Shown here: positions 38,609 through 49,151 of the stretch, piece by piece
Position numbering within the stretch: the stretch's first letter is position 1
Layout: each line of letters begins with the position of its first letter
Source: Bacilli bacterium
GTDB taxonomy: Bacteria > Bacillota_I > Bacilli_A > ML615J-28 > CAG-313
Reading direction: 5' to 3'
NCBI GenBank assembly: GCA_045119035.1
Contig: JBGVCU010000042.1
Coordinates: 3,984 to 67,983, forward strand
Length of the DNA: 64,000 nucleotides
Notes under the pieces: model-generated
The model's database searches: none
Told to the model about the DNA's origin: nothing
Seen by the model: the letters and a program-made list of their open reading frames with translations, nothing else
Program-made: the position numbers and the translations under genes

Positions 38609-39787
38609 TTAATTATTTCGGTTATAAAAATGATCAACAACAATAACAGGATTTAAGAAGTTATTGTATTCTTTAATTAATTTAGTAATATCACTTTTTA
38701 ACTCAAGTGGTGTTTTAGAATATGTTAAAGGCATTTCAATATCAAAAAGTACATTTGTATGAGTTACACCTTTTACAACTCTAAAATCATGGAATCTTAA
38801 ACATTCATCGTATTTCTTTATAATATTAGAAATTTCTTTTTTTAATTTCATTGTTTCTTCATCATGAATATCAACAGGATCCATATGAATAACTAAATCA
38901 ATATTAAATTCTTTTTTAAAGTCTGCTTCAATATTATCAACCATATCATGGCTTAACATAATATCAACTTTACTATCTACTTCACAATGTACAGTAACAA
39001 ATGTTTTGTTAGGACCATAACTATGAATTACTAAATCATGAATACCTAAAACTCCATCATACTTTACAATGTTATTTACAATACGATCTACATCTTCTTT
39101 AGAAGGCATTTCACCTAGAAGAGGATCCATTGTTTCTTTTAATAATTTAATTCCTGCAACTAAAATGAAAATTGCAATAACAATTCCTACTATACCATCA
39201 ATATAAGCAAAATCAGTTAAATCAAAGATGATTAATCCAACAAGTACAGCTAGTGTTGAAATACAGTCATTAAGCGAATCAACGCTTGATGCTTTTAGAG
39301 TTGTTGAATCAATATCTTTTGCAAGTGATTTATAAAATAATGCTTGCATAAATTTAAATAAAATTGAAATAACTAAGATAATATAAATATATGTTCCAGT
39401 TAACATTTCAACAGGATTAATAATTTTTTTAACAGAATCAATAAATAAAGAACCACCAATAATAAGAATAATAATGGATACAATCATACCACTTAAATAT
39501 TCATATCTTTCATGTCCAAATGGATGTTCTTCATCAGCAGGTTTACTTGATAAATGGAAACCAATAAAAGTTACAATAGAGGCTCCTGCATCACTTAGGT
39601 TGTTAATTCCATCAGCAAGAATTGATACACTTGCTGAAAGTAAACCGACAATTATTTTAACTGAACAAACAATTAAATTAGTAATAATTCCAAATACACC
39701 AGCTAAAACTCCATATTTAGCTCTAACTACTGGGTTTTCTTTATCTTCATAGTTTTTTACAAATAATTTAAGTAAAAGTTTTTTCAT
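38609..39787 (-). CDS. Cation diffusion facilitator family transporter
   Basis: ADGINNLSD, PADEEHPFGH.R.EY, DSLND, HDL..HSYG and IHMDP motifs. Confidence 0.94.
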   Translation of the reverse strand: MKKLLLKLFVKNYEDKENPVVRAKYGVLAGVFGIITNLIVCSVKIIVGLLSASVSILADGINNLSDAGASIVTFIGFHLSSKPADEEHPFGHERYEYLSGMIVSIIILIIGGSLFIDSVKKIINPVEMLTGTYIYIILVISILFKFMQALFYKSLAKDIDSTTLKASSVDSLNDCISTLAVLVGLIIFDLTDFAYIDGIVGIVIAIFILVAGIKLLKETMDPLLGEMPSKEDVDRIVNNIVKYDGVLGIHDLVIHSYGPNKTFVTVHCEVDSKVDIMLSHDMVDNIEADFKKEFNIDLVIHMDPVDIHDEETMKLKKEISNIIKKYDECLRFHDFRVVKGVTHTNVLFDIEMPLTYSKTPLELKSDITKLIKEYNNFLNPVIVVDHFYNRNN

Positions 39788-39788
39788 A

Positions 39789-42197
39789 TTACGCTCTTAA
39801 TGTAATATTGTATCTGTAACTTAAGCTCTTTAGAACTTTATTAATTTTTGAAGAGATTTCTTCTTCAGTTAAAGTTTTATCAGCTTCAATAGTAATTCTT
39901 ACAGCGATTGATTTTTTTCCAGCTTCTAATTTGTCACCAATATATTCATCAAATACAGTAACATTTGTAATTTCTTTTTTATCTGTACTGTAGATTGCAG
40001 CAAGTACTTCTGATACTGGTTGATTAATATCCATAACAAGAGCTAAATCTCTTTCAACTGGTAAGAATTTACTAATTGGTTTGAAGTTAAATTTCTTAAC
40101 TTCATTTTTAAGTAACATATCTAAATTAATTTCAAAAACATAAGTTTCTGTTAAATTATTATTAGATGCATATCTTGGATGTACTTCTCCAATAAATCCT
40201 ACTACTTCATTATTAATTAAAATTTCAGCAGTTCTATTTGGATGAAGTTCATCACATACTCCTTGAAGTGCACGGTATGTTGGATTTAAGTTAAGTTTAG
40301 CAAATAATCCTTCTAAGATTCCTTTAACTAAGAAGAAATCAGCAACTTCTGTTACATGTGTATAAATATTTTTACTAAATACACCAGTAAATGCACCAGC
40401 TACATGATATTCTTCAACATACTCTTCACCTAATTGATAGTAAGTTTTTCCAACTTCATAGAATTTTAAATCTTTAAATTTTCTAGCTTGATTGTAGTTA
40501 ATTGCTTCAATTAAAGAAGAAACTAAATTCTTACGGCATACTGCTCGATCTTCTGTTAATGGATTTGCTAAAACTACATCTTTCGCATTTTCTGGAACTA
40601 ATAATTTAAATACATCATTATTTTTTTGATGAGTAAGTGAATATGTTAATGTTTCATTACATCCAACTTCAGTTAAATAATTTTTAACAATTCTTCTTAC
40701 CTTTTGTACTCTTGTAAGCTCTCCATGTGTTTCCATTGCAGGTAGAGTTTCAACTAATGTTTCATACCCATGCATTCTAGCAATTTCTTCTATTAAATCA
40801 GCAGGAATTGTAATATCAAGTCTTCTATTTGGAACACTTACAACAAGTTCATTATTAATATCATTTACTTTAAATCCTAAGTTAGTTAAAATTAAAGCAA
40901 TTTCATCAGTTGGTAAATTTAATCCTAAATAGTCATTTACAAGTTTAGTTGAAATAGTGATTTGACGATCTTCAACAAATGATGTACCTTTATGTACATA
41001 ACCTTTAGATACTTTACCACCAGCATATTTTTCCATTAAATAACAAGCGTAATTTGCTGCATTTAGAGAATTATTTAAATCTACTCCTCTTTCATAACGA
41101 ACACTAGATTCACTACGTAAATTTAATCTATTAGATGTTCTTCTGATTGATGAACCATTAAATACAGCAGATTCTAATAAAATATTTTTAGTAGTGTTTG
41201 TAACTTCTGTTTCAAGTCCACCCATAACACCACCAAGAGCAATGATACGACCTTCTGCAGTTTTATTATCACAAATTAAAATATCTGTATCTTTTAATGT
41301 TCTTTCTTGATTATCAAGTGTTACTAAAGTTTCACCTTCAGTTGCACGTCTTACAATAATTTTTGATCCTAATGTATCTTTATCAAATGCATGTAATGGT
41401 TGACCAAATAATACTAAAATATAGTTTGTAATATCAACTACATTATTGATTGGTCTAATACCAGATGCGATTAATCTTGATTGAATAAATTGTGGAGATT
41501 CTTTAATTTCTACATCTTTAATTACTTTAGCATAATATGAATAACATCCATCAGTTTGAATTTCAACATCAATTTCATCTTTAGCATCATCCATTGATTC
41601 TGTTAATTGATATTCTAATGGTAATAAATCCCTTTGATACATTGTTGCAACATCTTGAGCAACACCTAACATTGATAATAAATCCATTCTATTTGGAGTA
41701 AGACCAAGTTCAACAGAAATGTCATCAAACATTAATGTTTTAATAGCATCACTTCCAATAACTGCATCACTTTGTAAGAAATAAATCCCGTTAGCATATT
41801 CTTGAGGAACAACACGTGATTCAATTCCTAATTCTTGAAGTGAACATAACATTCCACTAGATTCTACACCACGAACTTTTGCGAATTTAATTTCTCCACC
41901 TGGAAGTTTTGCACCAGGTAATGCAACGATTACTTTCTTACCAACTTGACAGTTTGGAGCACCACAAACAATTTGTCTTACATCTTGTCCTGTATTTACT
42001 TGACAAATATTTAAATGATCAGAATCTGGATGAGCAACCATTTCTAAAACTTCACCTACTACTAAATTAGTAGCATTTTCTAAATTTTCTACACCATCAA
42101 CTTCAATAGAATGTAAAGATAAATCATGAACAAATTTAGCTTTATCAATTCCATTTAAGTCAACAAGTTCTTTTAACCAATTATAAGATACTTTCAT
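39789..42197 (-). CDS. pheT: Phenylalanyl-tRNA synthetase beta subunit
   Basis: HPDSDHL, IVCGAPN, RGVES.GMLCS, TPNR.D, ESAVF and C-terminal FDX-ACB domain. Confidence 0.97.
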   Translation of the reverse strand: MKVSYNWLKELVDLNGIDKAKFVHDLSLHSIEVDGVENLENATNLVVGEVLEMVAHPDSDHLNICQVNTGQDVRQIVCGAPNCQVGKKVIVALPGAKLPGGEIKFAKVRGVESSGMLCSLQELGIESRVVPQEYANGIYFLQSDAVIGSDAIKTLMFDDISVELGLTPNRMDLLSMLGVAQDVATMYQRDLLPLEYQLTESMDDAKDEIDVEIQTDGCYSYYAKVIKDVEIKESPQFIQSRLIASGIRPINNVVDITNYILVLFGQPLHAFDKDTLGSKIIVRRATEGETLVTLDNQERTLKDTDILICDNKTAEGRIIALGGVMGGLETEVTNTTKNILLESAVFNGSSIRRTSNRLNLRSESSVRYERGVDLNNSLNAANYACYLMEKYAGGKVSKGYVHKGTSFVEDRQITISTKLVNDYLGLNLPTDEIALILTNLGFKVNDINNELVVSVPNRRLDITIPADLIEEIARMHGYETLVETLPAMETHGELTRVQKVRRIVKNYLTEVGCNETLTYSLTHQKNNDVFKLLVPENAKDVVLANPLTEDRAVCRKNLVSSLIEAINYNQARKFKDLKFYEVGKTYYQLGEEYVEEYHVAGAFTGVFSKNIYTHVTEVADFFLVKGILEGLFAKLNLNPTYRALQGVCDELHPNRTAEILINNEVVGFIGEVHPRYASNNNLTETYVFEINLDMLLKNEVKKFNFKPISKFLPVERDLALVMDINQPVSEVLAAIYSTDKKEITNVTVFDEYIGDKLEAGKKSIAVRITIEADKTLTEEEISSKINKVLKSLSYRYNITLRA

Positions 42198-42200
42198 GAT

Positions 42201-43235
42201 TTATTCCTCTCTTTCAAATTGTTTTAAGAAACGTACATCATTTGTATAAAAATGACGAATAGTATCAATTTCATTTCTTAACATTGCTACACGTTCAATA
42301 CCAATACCAAATGCAAATCCACGATATACTTTCGGATCGTAACCTGCACCAACTAATACATTTGGATGTACCATACCTGCACCTAAAATTTCAATCCATC
42401 CAGAATGTTTACATAAAGGACATCCTGCTCCATGACATCTAAAACATGAAACGTCTACTTCAACGCTTGGTTCAGTAAATGGGAAGTATGAAGGTCTAAA
42501 TCTAATTTCTAAAGAGTCTCCAAACATTTTTTTAACGAATGCGCTTAATGTTCCTTTTAAATCAGACATTTTAATGTTTTTATCAATTACTAATCCTTCA
42601 AATTGCATAAATTGATGACTGTGAGTTGCATCATCATCATCTCTACGATAAACTTTACCAGGACATAAAATTTTAATTGGTTCACCTTTAGCTTCTAACA
42701 TTGTTCTAATTTGAACAGGTGATGTTTGAGTTCTCATTAATGTATTATTTGTAATATATAATGAGTCTTGCATATCACGAGCAGGGTGATCTTTTGGAAT
42801 ATTTAACATTTCAAAATTATAAATATCATATTCAACTTCTGGACCTTCTGCAATATTATATCCCATACCAATAAAGAAATCTTCAACTTCTTCAATAATT
42901 TGAGTTAAAGGATGTTTTGTTCCTCTTGCAATTTGTTTACCAGGCATAGAAACATCAATTTTTTCACTTTCAAGTTTAGCATTGATTTTTGCATCTTCTA
43001 AAGCTTTCTTTTGATCAAAAATTAATCTTTCAATAGCTTGTTTTGTTTCATTAGCTTTAGCACCTAATGTTTTTCTTTCTTCTGGAGTTAAACTTCCCAT
43101 TTGTTTCATAATTTCCCCAAGTGGGCTTTTTTTACCAGTATAATAAGCTTTTAATTCATAAAGATCATGTTCTGTAGTAGTTGCTTGAATTTTTTCTTTT
43201 GCTTCAAGTAACATTGATTCTAACTTTGTTATCAT
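42201..43235 (-). CDS. pheS: Phenylalanyl-tRNA synthetase alpha subunit
   Basis: [31 protein letters not shown] and FAFGIGIER motifs. Confidence 0.98.
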   Translation of the reverse strand: MITKLESMLLEAKEKIQATTTEHDLYELKAYYTGKKSPLGEIMKQMGSLTPEERKTLGAKANETKQAIERLIFDQKKALEDAKINAKLESEKIDVSMPGKQIARGTKHPLTQIIEEVEDFFIGMGYNIAEGPEVEYDIYNFEMLNIPKDHPARDMQDSLYITNNTLMRTQTSPVQIRTMLEAKGEPIKILCPGKVYRRDDDDATHSHQFMQFEGLVIDKNIKMSDLKGTLSAFVKKMFGDSLEIRFRPSYFPFTEPSVEVDVSCFRCHGAGCPLCKHSGWIEILGAGMVHPNVLVGAGYDPKVYRGFAFGIGIERVAMLRNEIDTIRHFYTNDVRFLKQFEREE

Positions 43236-43267
43236 CTTATCCTCCTATTATTTGTGTTTAGATAATA

Positions 43268-43508
43268 AAAAAAACCTTAAAATGACTTTTTCATTTTAAG
43301 GACGAACAAATTTCCGCGAGACCACCTTAATTCAAAATATATAATATTATTATACACTTTGCACCTCATTCTAGTTAACGCCTAGCTACGGGCTGGATTA
43401 GAGCCACTCAACAAGCGAACTTCATAAGTTAAGGAACTTTAAATAAGCTTTCAGTCTATGGCTTATTCTCCCTAAAAAGTATTAACTACTACTTTTCTTG
43501 TCTCACAG
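43268..43508 (-). promoter_or_regulatory. T-box leader (Phe)
   Basis: GGGAGA/ACUGAA stem I motifs, GAAG-UUC specifier, AAGGUGGUCUCGCG T-box, terminator ccttaaaatga...tcattttaagg + U-run. Confidence 0.9.
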
Positions 43509-43599
43509 TATTTTTTATACTTAGATATTATATCATAATTTATAATTTTAGTCACTTAATTTACATATATAAAAAGATACCCTTAAAAGGGTATCGGAC

Positions 43600-43953
43600 T
43601 TAGCAATTAGTTACATTTGTTTCACTACATGTGTAATTAGGGATGAATTCAGCTTGTTTAATATGATGATGCACTACTTCAGTATGATAGTTATGAATAT
43701 AAGGTTGTTTTTGAACATGATAAGTATTAACAACGTTCTTACTTGATGTTACAATTGGTGGTAATGTTTCATATGTAGTATTACCATAATTCATATTTCC
43801 CACTACTTGATTCATACAAGGATTTACTGGTGCATATTGAGTATTTTGTTGATTACTTTGAGCTTGATAACAATTTGTTGTAGTTTGTGTATTTTGATTA
43901 AACGCACACATATAACCTTGATTAAAAGTACAATTAGTTCTCTTTTGTCTCAT
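43600..43953 (-). CDS. Gln/Asn/His-rich protein with CotD-like C-terminus
   Basis: PPIVTSSKNVVNTYHVQKQPYIHNYHTEVVHHHIKQAEFIPNYTCSETNV parallels the CotD pattern PIVHP...VPHIHP.HTT.VNH.H...HY.P.T.S.V; GGAGGTG SD. Confidence 0.6.
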   Translation of the reverse strand: MRQKRTNCTFNQGYMCAFNQNTQTTTNCYQAQSNQQNTQYAPVNPCMNQVVGNMNYGNTTYETLPPIVTSSKNVVNTYHVQKQPYIHNYHTEVVHHHIKQAEFIPNYTCSETNVTNC

Positions 43954-44076
43954 TATTTCACCTCCCATTTATAAAATATTACTTTTTAAGGGAAATGCTT
44001 ATTCTAAATGCCTATACATAAAAAATAAATATTTTCATAAAATATTATTAGAAAATTTATATAGGAGAAAATTATT

Positions 44077-44673
44077 ATGTATTTAACACCTGTTGTAATA
44101 GAATCAACTTCAAAAGGTGAAAGAAGTTATGATATTTATTCAAGATTATTAAAAGACCGAATTATTGTAATTTTCGGTGAAATTACAGATGAACTAAGCG
44201 CAAGCATCATTTCCCAAATGTTATTTCTAGCAAGTAAATCTGATGATGATATTTATTTATATATTAACTCACCTGGAGGAAGTGTTTCAAGTGGACTTGC
44301 AATTTATGATGTTATGAATTATATTAAACCAAATGTAAACACAATCGGAATTGGACTATGCGCATCTATGGGAGCATTTCTTTTATCAAGTGGAGAAAAA
44401 GGGAAAAGATATGCACTTCCTAATACTAAAATTATGATTCATCAACCACTTGGAGGAGCAAAAGGACAAGCAACTGATATTATGATTGTGGCTGAGGAAA
44501 TTTTAAGAATTAAAAAACAATTAAATCATATTTTATCCAAAAATACTAATCAGTCAATAGAAAAAATCACGTCCGATTCTGAACGTGATTATTATATGAC
44601 TTGTATGGAAGCAATTAATTATGGTTTAATTGATGAGATTCTTTCTTCAAGTCAAACCATTTCGGATAAGTAG
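44077..44673 (+). CDS. clpP: ATP-dependent Clp protease proteolytic subunit
   Basis: [24 protein letters not shown] (Ser), IHQP (His), ERD (Asp). Confidence 0.97.
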   Translation: MYLTPVVIESTSKGERSYDIYSRLLKDRIIVIFGEITDELSASIISQMLFLASKSDDDIYLYINSPGGSVSSGLAIYDVMNYIKPNVNTIGIGLCASMGAFLLSSGEKGKRYALPNTKIMIHQPLGGAKGQATDIMIVAEEILRIKKQLNHILSKNTNQSIEKITSDSERDYYMTCMEAINYGLIDEILSSSQTISDK

Positions 44674-45484
44674 TAAGAACTATTTCTTCTTTTGTTACTG
44701 GATGAATAAATTTTAAATAATAACTATGAAGATGGAGAATTCCTTCTTCATTTTTTGTTCCATATAAACTATCACCAATAATAGAATGTTTTAAATAATT
44801 AAAATGTAATCTTAATTGATGTGTTTTCCCTGTATGAAGAGTTGCTTCTACTACTGATTTATCTTCATTATGATCTAATATGATATAGCTTGTTTTACTA
44901 TTAATAAAATCAAATGTAACTTCTCTTTTAATAGAATCATCACTAATTCTTCTAATACCTGTTAAAAGTTCTCCACTTTTTTCAAGATTACCTTCTACTT
45001 CAAGTAAATATTTCTTTTCTAAAATTGCTTTTTTCATTAAATCATTAATATAAGAATTTTTAGCAAGAACTACAATTCCAGATGTCATTGCATCAAGTCT
45101 ATTTACAAAATGAATATTTGATAAAATACCATTTCTTTTATAATAGCTCATAACATAGTTTGCTAAAGAATTTTTATAATGTTTAATAGTTGGAATACAA
45201 CATATATTTGGTTCTTTATTAATAATTAACAAATAACTATCTTCATATATTATTTCAAAATCACCTTTAATAGATACTATATTTTCTCCACTATCAGTAA
45301 CAGGTAATACTATTTCTAATAAGTCCCCTTTTTTTAATAAGTAACTTTTATTCACATTTTGATTATTCACTATAAAACGACCATTACCGTTTGAAATATT
45401 TGTGATTAAATTACTTGAAAGATCAGTTTCTTCTAAGAAATCTCTTAAAGTAATTTCTTCTTTAATTTCATATCGTTTAATCAT
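44615..45484 (-). CDS. RluA-family pseudouridine synthase (YjbO-like)
   Basis: [31 protein letters not shown] and LHSY motifs. Confidence 0.93.
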   Translation of the reverse strand: MIKRYEIKEEITLRDFLEETDLSSNLITNISNGNGRFIVNNQNVNKSYLLKKGDLLEIVLPVTDSGENIVSIKGDFEIIYEDSYLLIINKEPNICCIPTIKHYKNSLANYVMSYYKRNGILSNIHFVNRLDAMTSGIVVLAKNSYINDLMKKAILEKKYLLEVEGNLEKSGELLTGIRRISDDSIKREVTFDFINSKTSYIILDHNEDKSVVEATLHTGKTHQLRLHFNYLKHSIIGDSLYGTKNEEGILHLHSYYLKFIHPVTKEEIVLTTYPKWFDLKKESHQLNHN

Positions 45485-46265
45485 TTATATCTCCAATAAA
45501 TGCTTTTTTAACACGATTAAAAAATGAATGATTTTTATGAGTTAATAGTTTAACTGATTTATTTGAAAGTTTAACAACAAGTTTTTCAATAGATTCAACA
45601 TATGGATCTAAATTATCAACAGTAATAATATATTTATCATTTTTTCTAGGTTTTAAAACTAATGTATTATTATTACTTAAAATCATTGATGAACCAATTG
45701 TTTTATATACACGATTGTTAATACTTGCAATTTCCGTTAACTGCATAACAGGTAAATTAATATCAACAATAGCTCCACCTAAACTTTTATTATAAGCAGT
45801 TGAACCACTTGGAGTAGAAATACAAAAACCAGTTCCTCTAAAAGTTTCAAAATGATAATCATTAATAAAAGTATCAAGAACCATTGTTTTACTACCTGAA
45901 ATAATTGTTACTTCATTAAATGCATAACCATTATATTCGAGTTCATTTGTTTTTAAATGATATTCAATTAATGGTAAATTACAAATATCAAATTCATTTT
46001 TTTGGATATTAATTAATAGTTGCTCAAAATTTTCTTCAAGAAAATCTGTATAAAAACCTAATTTTCCAAAATTTATACCAATCAATTTTATATTATCTAT
46101 TTTATTTATAAATTCGTGTACTGTTTTTAAAACAGTTCCATCGCCACCAAATACAAAAACATATTCAGGGTTATTATCATCATAAATAAAATTGTATTTT
46201 TCTAATAATGATGTAAATTCAGCAATTTTACTTACTGAATGGTGACATCTATATGTATATTTCAT
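45477..46265 (-). CDS. ppnK: NAD kinase
   Basis: GGDGT, GKLGF, FNE and GFCISTPSGSTAYNKSLGG motifs. Confidence 0.95.
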   Translation of the reverse strand: MKYTYRCHHSVSKIAEFTSLLEKYNFIYDDNNPEYVFVFGGDGTVLKTVHEFINKIDNIKLIGINFGKLGFYTDFLEENFEQLLINIQKNEFDICNLPLIEYHLKTNELEYNGYAFNEVTIISGSKTMVLDTFINDYHFETFRGTGFCISTPSGSTAYNKSLGGAIVDINLPVMQLTEIASINNRVYKTIGSSMILSNNNTLVLKPRKNDKYIITVDNLDPYVESIEKLVVKLSNKSVKLLTHKNHSFFNRVKKAFIGDIND

Positions 46266-46266
46266 A

Positions 46267-46947
46267 CTACCACCTTTTAGCGTTGTTAATTAAAATTTCA
46301 CTTTCCATTGGATCATTTTCTAGTAAATTGTCATTGTCACATCCTAGTGCTACAAGTTCATCATGAATGGCTGACATTTCCATATCTAAAGTTCTAGCCG
46401 CAAAACTTGCTGTAATTAGTCTTTCTTTTAATGTTTGTGGAACTTGTTTTTTAAATTTATATTTTAATGAATGTTCAATACTAGCCCAGAAATGCATCGC
46501 GTGTGTTCTTATTTGGAATTCTAAAAGAACCGGAATTTGTCCATTAATTGTTTCTACATGATATAAAACTATTAAATGTAAAGATCTATATCCACTTGGT
46601 TTAGGCTTTTTAATATAGTCTCTTTCTTCTTTTAATTCAATATCATTTCTTTGTAAAATTAAATCTCTTACTTTATAAACATCATTTAAATATTTACAAG
46701 TTATTCTTAATCCACCTATATCATGAATTTTTTCATCAATTAATTCAAGTGGTACATCCATTCTTTTAGCTTTATCCATGATGCTGTCAGGCGTTTTAAT
46801 ACGACCTGAAATAATTTCAATTGGACAGCTTATTCCATTTAAGTAATGTTGTTTTTTTATACCTTCCATTTTTAAAATGAACCCTTCAACCGCAAGTTCA
46901 TAAGGTTGTAAAAATTGATCCCATCTAAATGTTTCTTTATTAATCAT
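46267..46947 (-). CDS. yjbM: Small alarmone (p)ppGpp synthetase, YjbM/RelQ type
   Basis: GRIK..SI..K, DIGGLRI, DYI..PK.SGYRS.H and EFQIRT.AM.FWA..EH.L.YK motifs; yjb synteny. Confidence 0.92.
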   Translation of the reverse strand: MINKETFRWDQFLQPYELAVEGFILKMEGIKKQHYLNGISCPIEIISGRIKTPDSIMDKAKRMDVPLELIDEKIHDIGGLRITCKYLNDVYKVRDLILQRNDIELKEERDYIKKPKPSGYRSLHLIVLYHVETINGQIPVLLEFQIRTHAMHFWASIEHSLKYKFKKQVPQTLKERLITASFAARTLDMEMSAIHDELVALGCDNDNLLENDPMESEILINNAKRW

Positions 46948-47072
46948 ATTATTATTCTCATTTCTTTTTTTATATTTCTATTTTATCATATAATGAACTT
47001 TTTTTCAAGCAAAAAAGTGTAAGTTAAGTATAATATAAAAAAACAGTTCAAATAAATGAACTGTTTATTAGA

Positions 47073-47648
47073 CTATAACTTTCTTCTTAAAGCAGTATAT
47101 GCTCTTTTCATTTTATGATCAGCTTTTTTATATTGAACCCCAAAACTCTTTACTGTTTCTACAAATTCTCTTTTTCCTGTTTCATATACATTTGATTGGA
47201 AAATTAATTCATAATCAATTGTATCAACATACTTACATTTATCAATGCTTAGTACTCCACTTTTATATGGGAAAGAGATTCTAAATGTTGCTAAAGACAT
47301 ATAATTAACAATCTTTTGACCTTTAATAATTTCTTCTAAATCTTTTCTAATTGGTTCGCTTGGAATAATACCATTTTCACAAAATTCATTAAATTGTTCT
47401 TTTGTAATAAACTCATTTAAAACATGAGCAACATAACCTTTTTTTCTCTTTAAAGTCATTTCATAATTTGAGTTTTCTCTTTTACGAACACGAAGCCCAA
47501 TCTCAGATGCTTTTAGCGTAAAACGGTCTGTATCAAAATAATAGTTTATTTGTAAATTTCCACGATGTTCTGTAAAATGTGTCATTAAATCGACATATTC
47601 TTTTTTTGTTAACATGGTTTTAAATTCGTATTCAAATTTATTTGACAT
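47073..47648 (-). CDS. CYTH-domain protein (YjbK-like)
   Basis: EYEFK, Q.NYYFDT, LRVR, DYELIF and KMKR motifs; start at ATG 47648 behind GGAGGG. Confidence 0.88.
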   Translation of the reverse strand: MSNKFEYEFKTMLTKKEYVDLMTHFTEHRGNLQINYYFDTDRFTLKASEIGLRVRKRENSNYEMTLKRKKGYVAHVLNEFITKEQFNEFCENGIIPSEPIRKDLEEIIKGQKIVNYMSLATFRISFPYKSGVLSIDKCKYVDTIDYELIFQSNVYETGKREFVETVKSFGVQYKKADHKMKRAYTALRRKL

Positions 47649-47751
47649 AATTCCCTCCATATAGAGCAACATTTTTATCAATTTATATTATACGAATTTT
47701 ATATTATTATGCAAGAAATTTGCAAAAAAAAGAGGATTTTTAATCCTCCTT

Positions 47752-48180
47752 TTATTCTTCATCCATTTCATCATCATCTTCTTCATCATCAAGACGATTA
47801 AATAAATTGAAACATTCTCTATTTCTTAATTCTCTTGGTAAAAAGATTGTGATGTCTTCATTGTTATAACCTACTTGTAATTCATTTTCATTAATAATAA
47901 TAGGTCTTTTTAAAACACTTGGATTTTCAATGATAAACTCAACTAAACTACTTGTACTCATACTATCCGGATCAAGTTTCTTTTCTTTGAACACTTTTGA
48001 ACGAGTTGAAATAATATCTTCAAATCCATTTTCGCTATTTGCTAGCATTTTAAAGATATCTTCTTTACTAAGTTTAATACTGAAAATATTTTTTTCTGAA
48101 TATGGAATTTTATATTGATCAAACCATTTTTTTGCTTTTCTACAAGAAGCACAAGATGGTGTAGTGTAAATTTGTATCAA
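47752..48180 (-). CDS. spx: Transcriptional regulator Spx
   Basis: YTTPSCASCRKAKKW, P.VLKRPII and GYN.EDI.IFLPR motifs; TTG start. Confidence 0.93.
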   Translation of the reverse strand: MIQIYTTPSCASCRKAKKWFDQYKIPYSEKNIFSIKLSKEDIFKMLANSENGFEDIISTRSKVFKEKKLDPDSMSTSSLVEFIIENPSVLKRPIIINENELQVGYNNEDITIFLPRELRNRECFNLFNRLDDEEDDDEMDEE

Positions 48181-48265
48181 AGTAAATCACCTCACTGAGT
48201 ATATTATAACATATCTTATTCTAAAATACAATACTTTTTTTGAAATTAATTGCTTTTTTTACAAA

Positions 48266-49132
48266 TTATTCTACTAATTTATTTTTTCTAATAAATAAAA
48301 CACCTAAAGTATTTCTTCCACAATGTGAAGAAACAGTACATCCAGCACGTGTTACATGCACTTCTTTAAATGGAGCACATTCTTTAACTTTATCAACACA
48401 CATATTAACGATTTCTTCATCACATCCTGCATGTGTAACAAAAACATGATCAAGAACTAAATCATCAACATTTTCAAGTTGATCTTGAATATATTTTTTA
48501 AGTGATCCTTCAAAGCTTCCACGATATTTTTTACCAACAGACATTTTCCCACCACGAACAACAATACATGGTTTCATTTTAAGTAAGTTAGCAGCAAATA
48601 CTGTAACAGCATTACATCTTCCACCTTTGTGTAAGAATTCTAAATTATCAATAATAAATGATGCATCAACGTAATCTGCAAGTTCTCTACATTCTTCAGC
48701 AATTTCAGAAGCAGACTTACCTTGTTCTTTAAGTTCACAAGCTCTAAGAACTAATAAACCTCCACCAGTTGATAAGTTTCTAGCATCAACAACATGAACA
48801 TCATCAAATTCTGAAGCAGCTAAACGAGCATTATTAAATGTTGATGACATATCTGAGCTTATTGTAAAGCAAACAATTGCATATCCTTCTTTTGTATATT
48901 TTTCAAATACTTCTGAAAATTGGAATGAATTGATTGCAGATGTTTTTGGTAATTGTTTTGTTTGATTATAAAAATCATAAATTTTTTCGCTATCAATATC
49001 AACACCATCTGTAAAAGTATCTTTACCAAGTGTAATTGTCATTGGAATGATTTTAATATTATATTTATCAATTAATTCTTGACTTAAATCTGTAGTGCTA
49101 TCACTTGCAATAATAACTTTTTTGAAATCCAT
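48266..49132 (-). CDS. DegV family fatty-acid-binding protein
   Basis: DSTTDL, PKTSA, ISS.MSST, GGR, KP and SHCG..TLG motifs. Confidence 0.94.
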   Translation of the reverse strand: MDFKKVIIASDSTTDLSQELIDKYNIKIIPMTITLGKDTFTDGVDIDSEKIYDFYNQTKQLPKTSAINSFQFSEVFEKYTKEGYAIVCFTISSDMSSTFNNARLAASEFDDVHVVDARNLSTGGGLLVLRACELKEQGKSASEIAEECRELADYVDASFIIDNLEFLHKGGRCNAVTVFAANLLKMKPCIVVRGGKMSVGKKYRGSFEGSLKKYIQDQLENVDDLVLDHVFVTHAGCDEEIVNMCVDKVKECAPFKEVHVTRAGCTVSSHCGRNTLGVLFIRKNKLVE

Positions 49133-49151
49133 ATATTTAACTCCTTATTTA

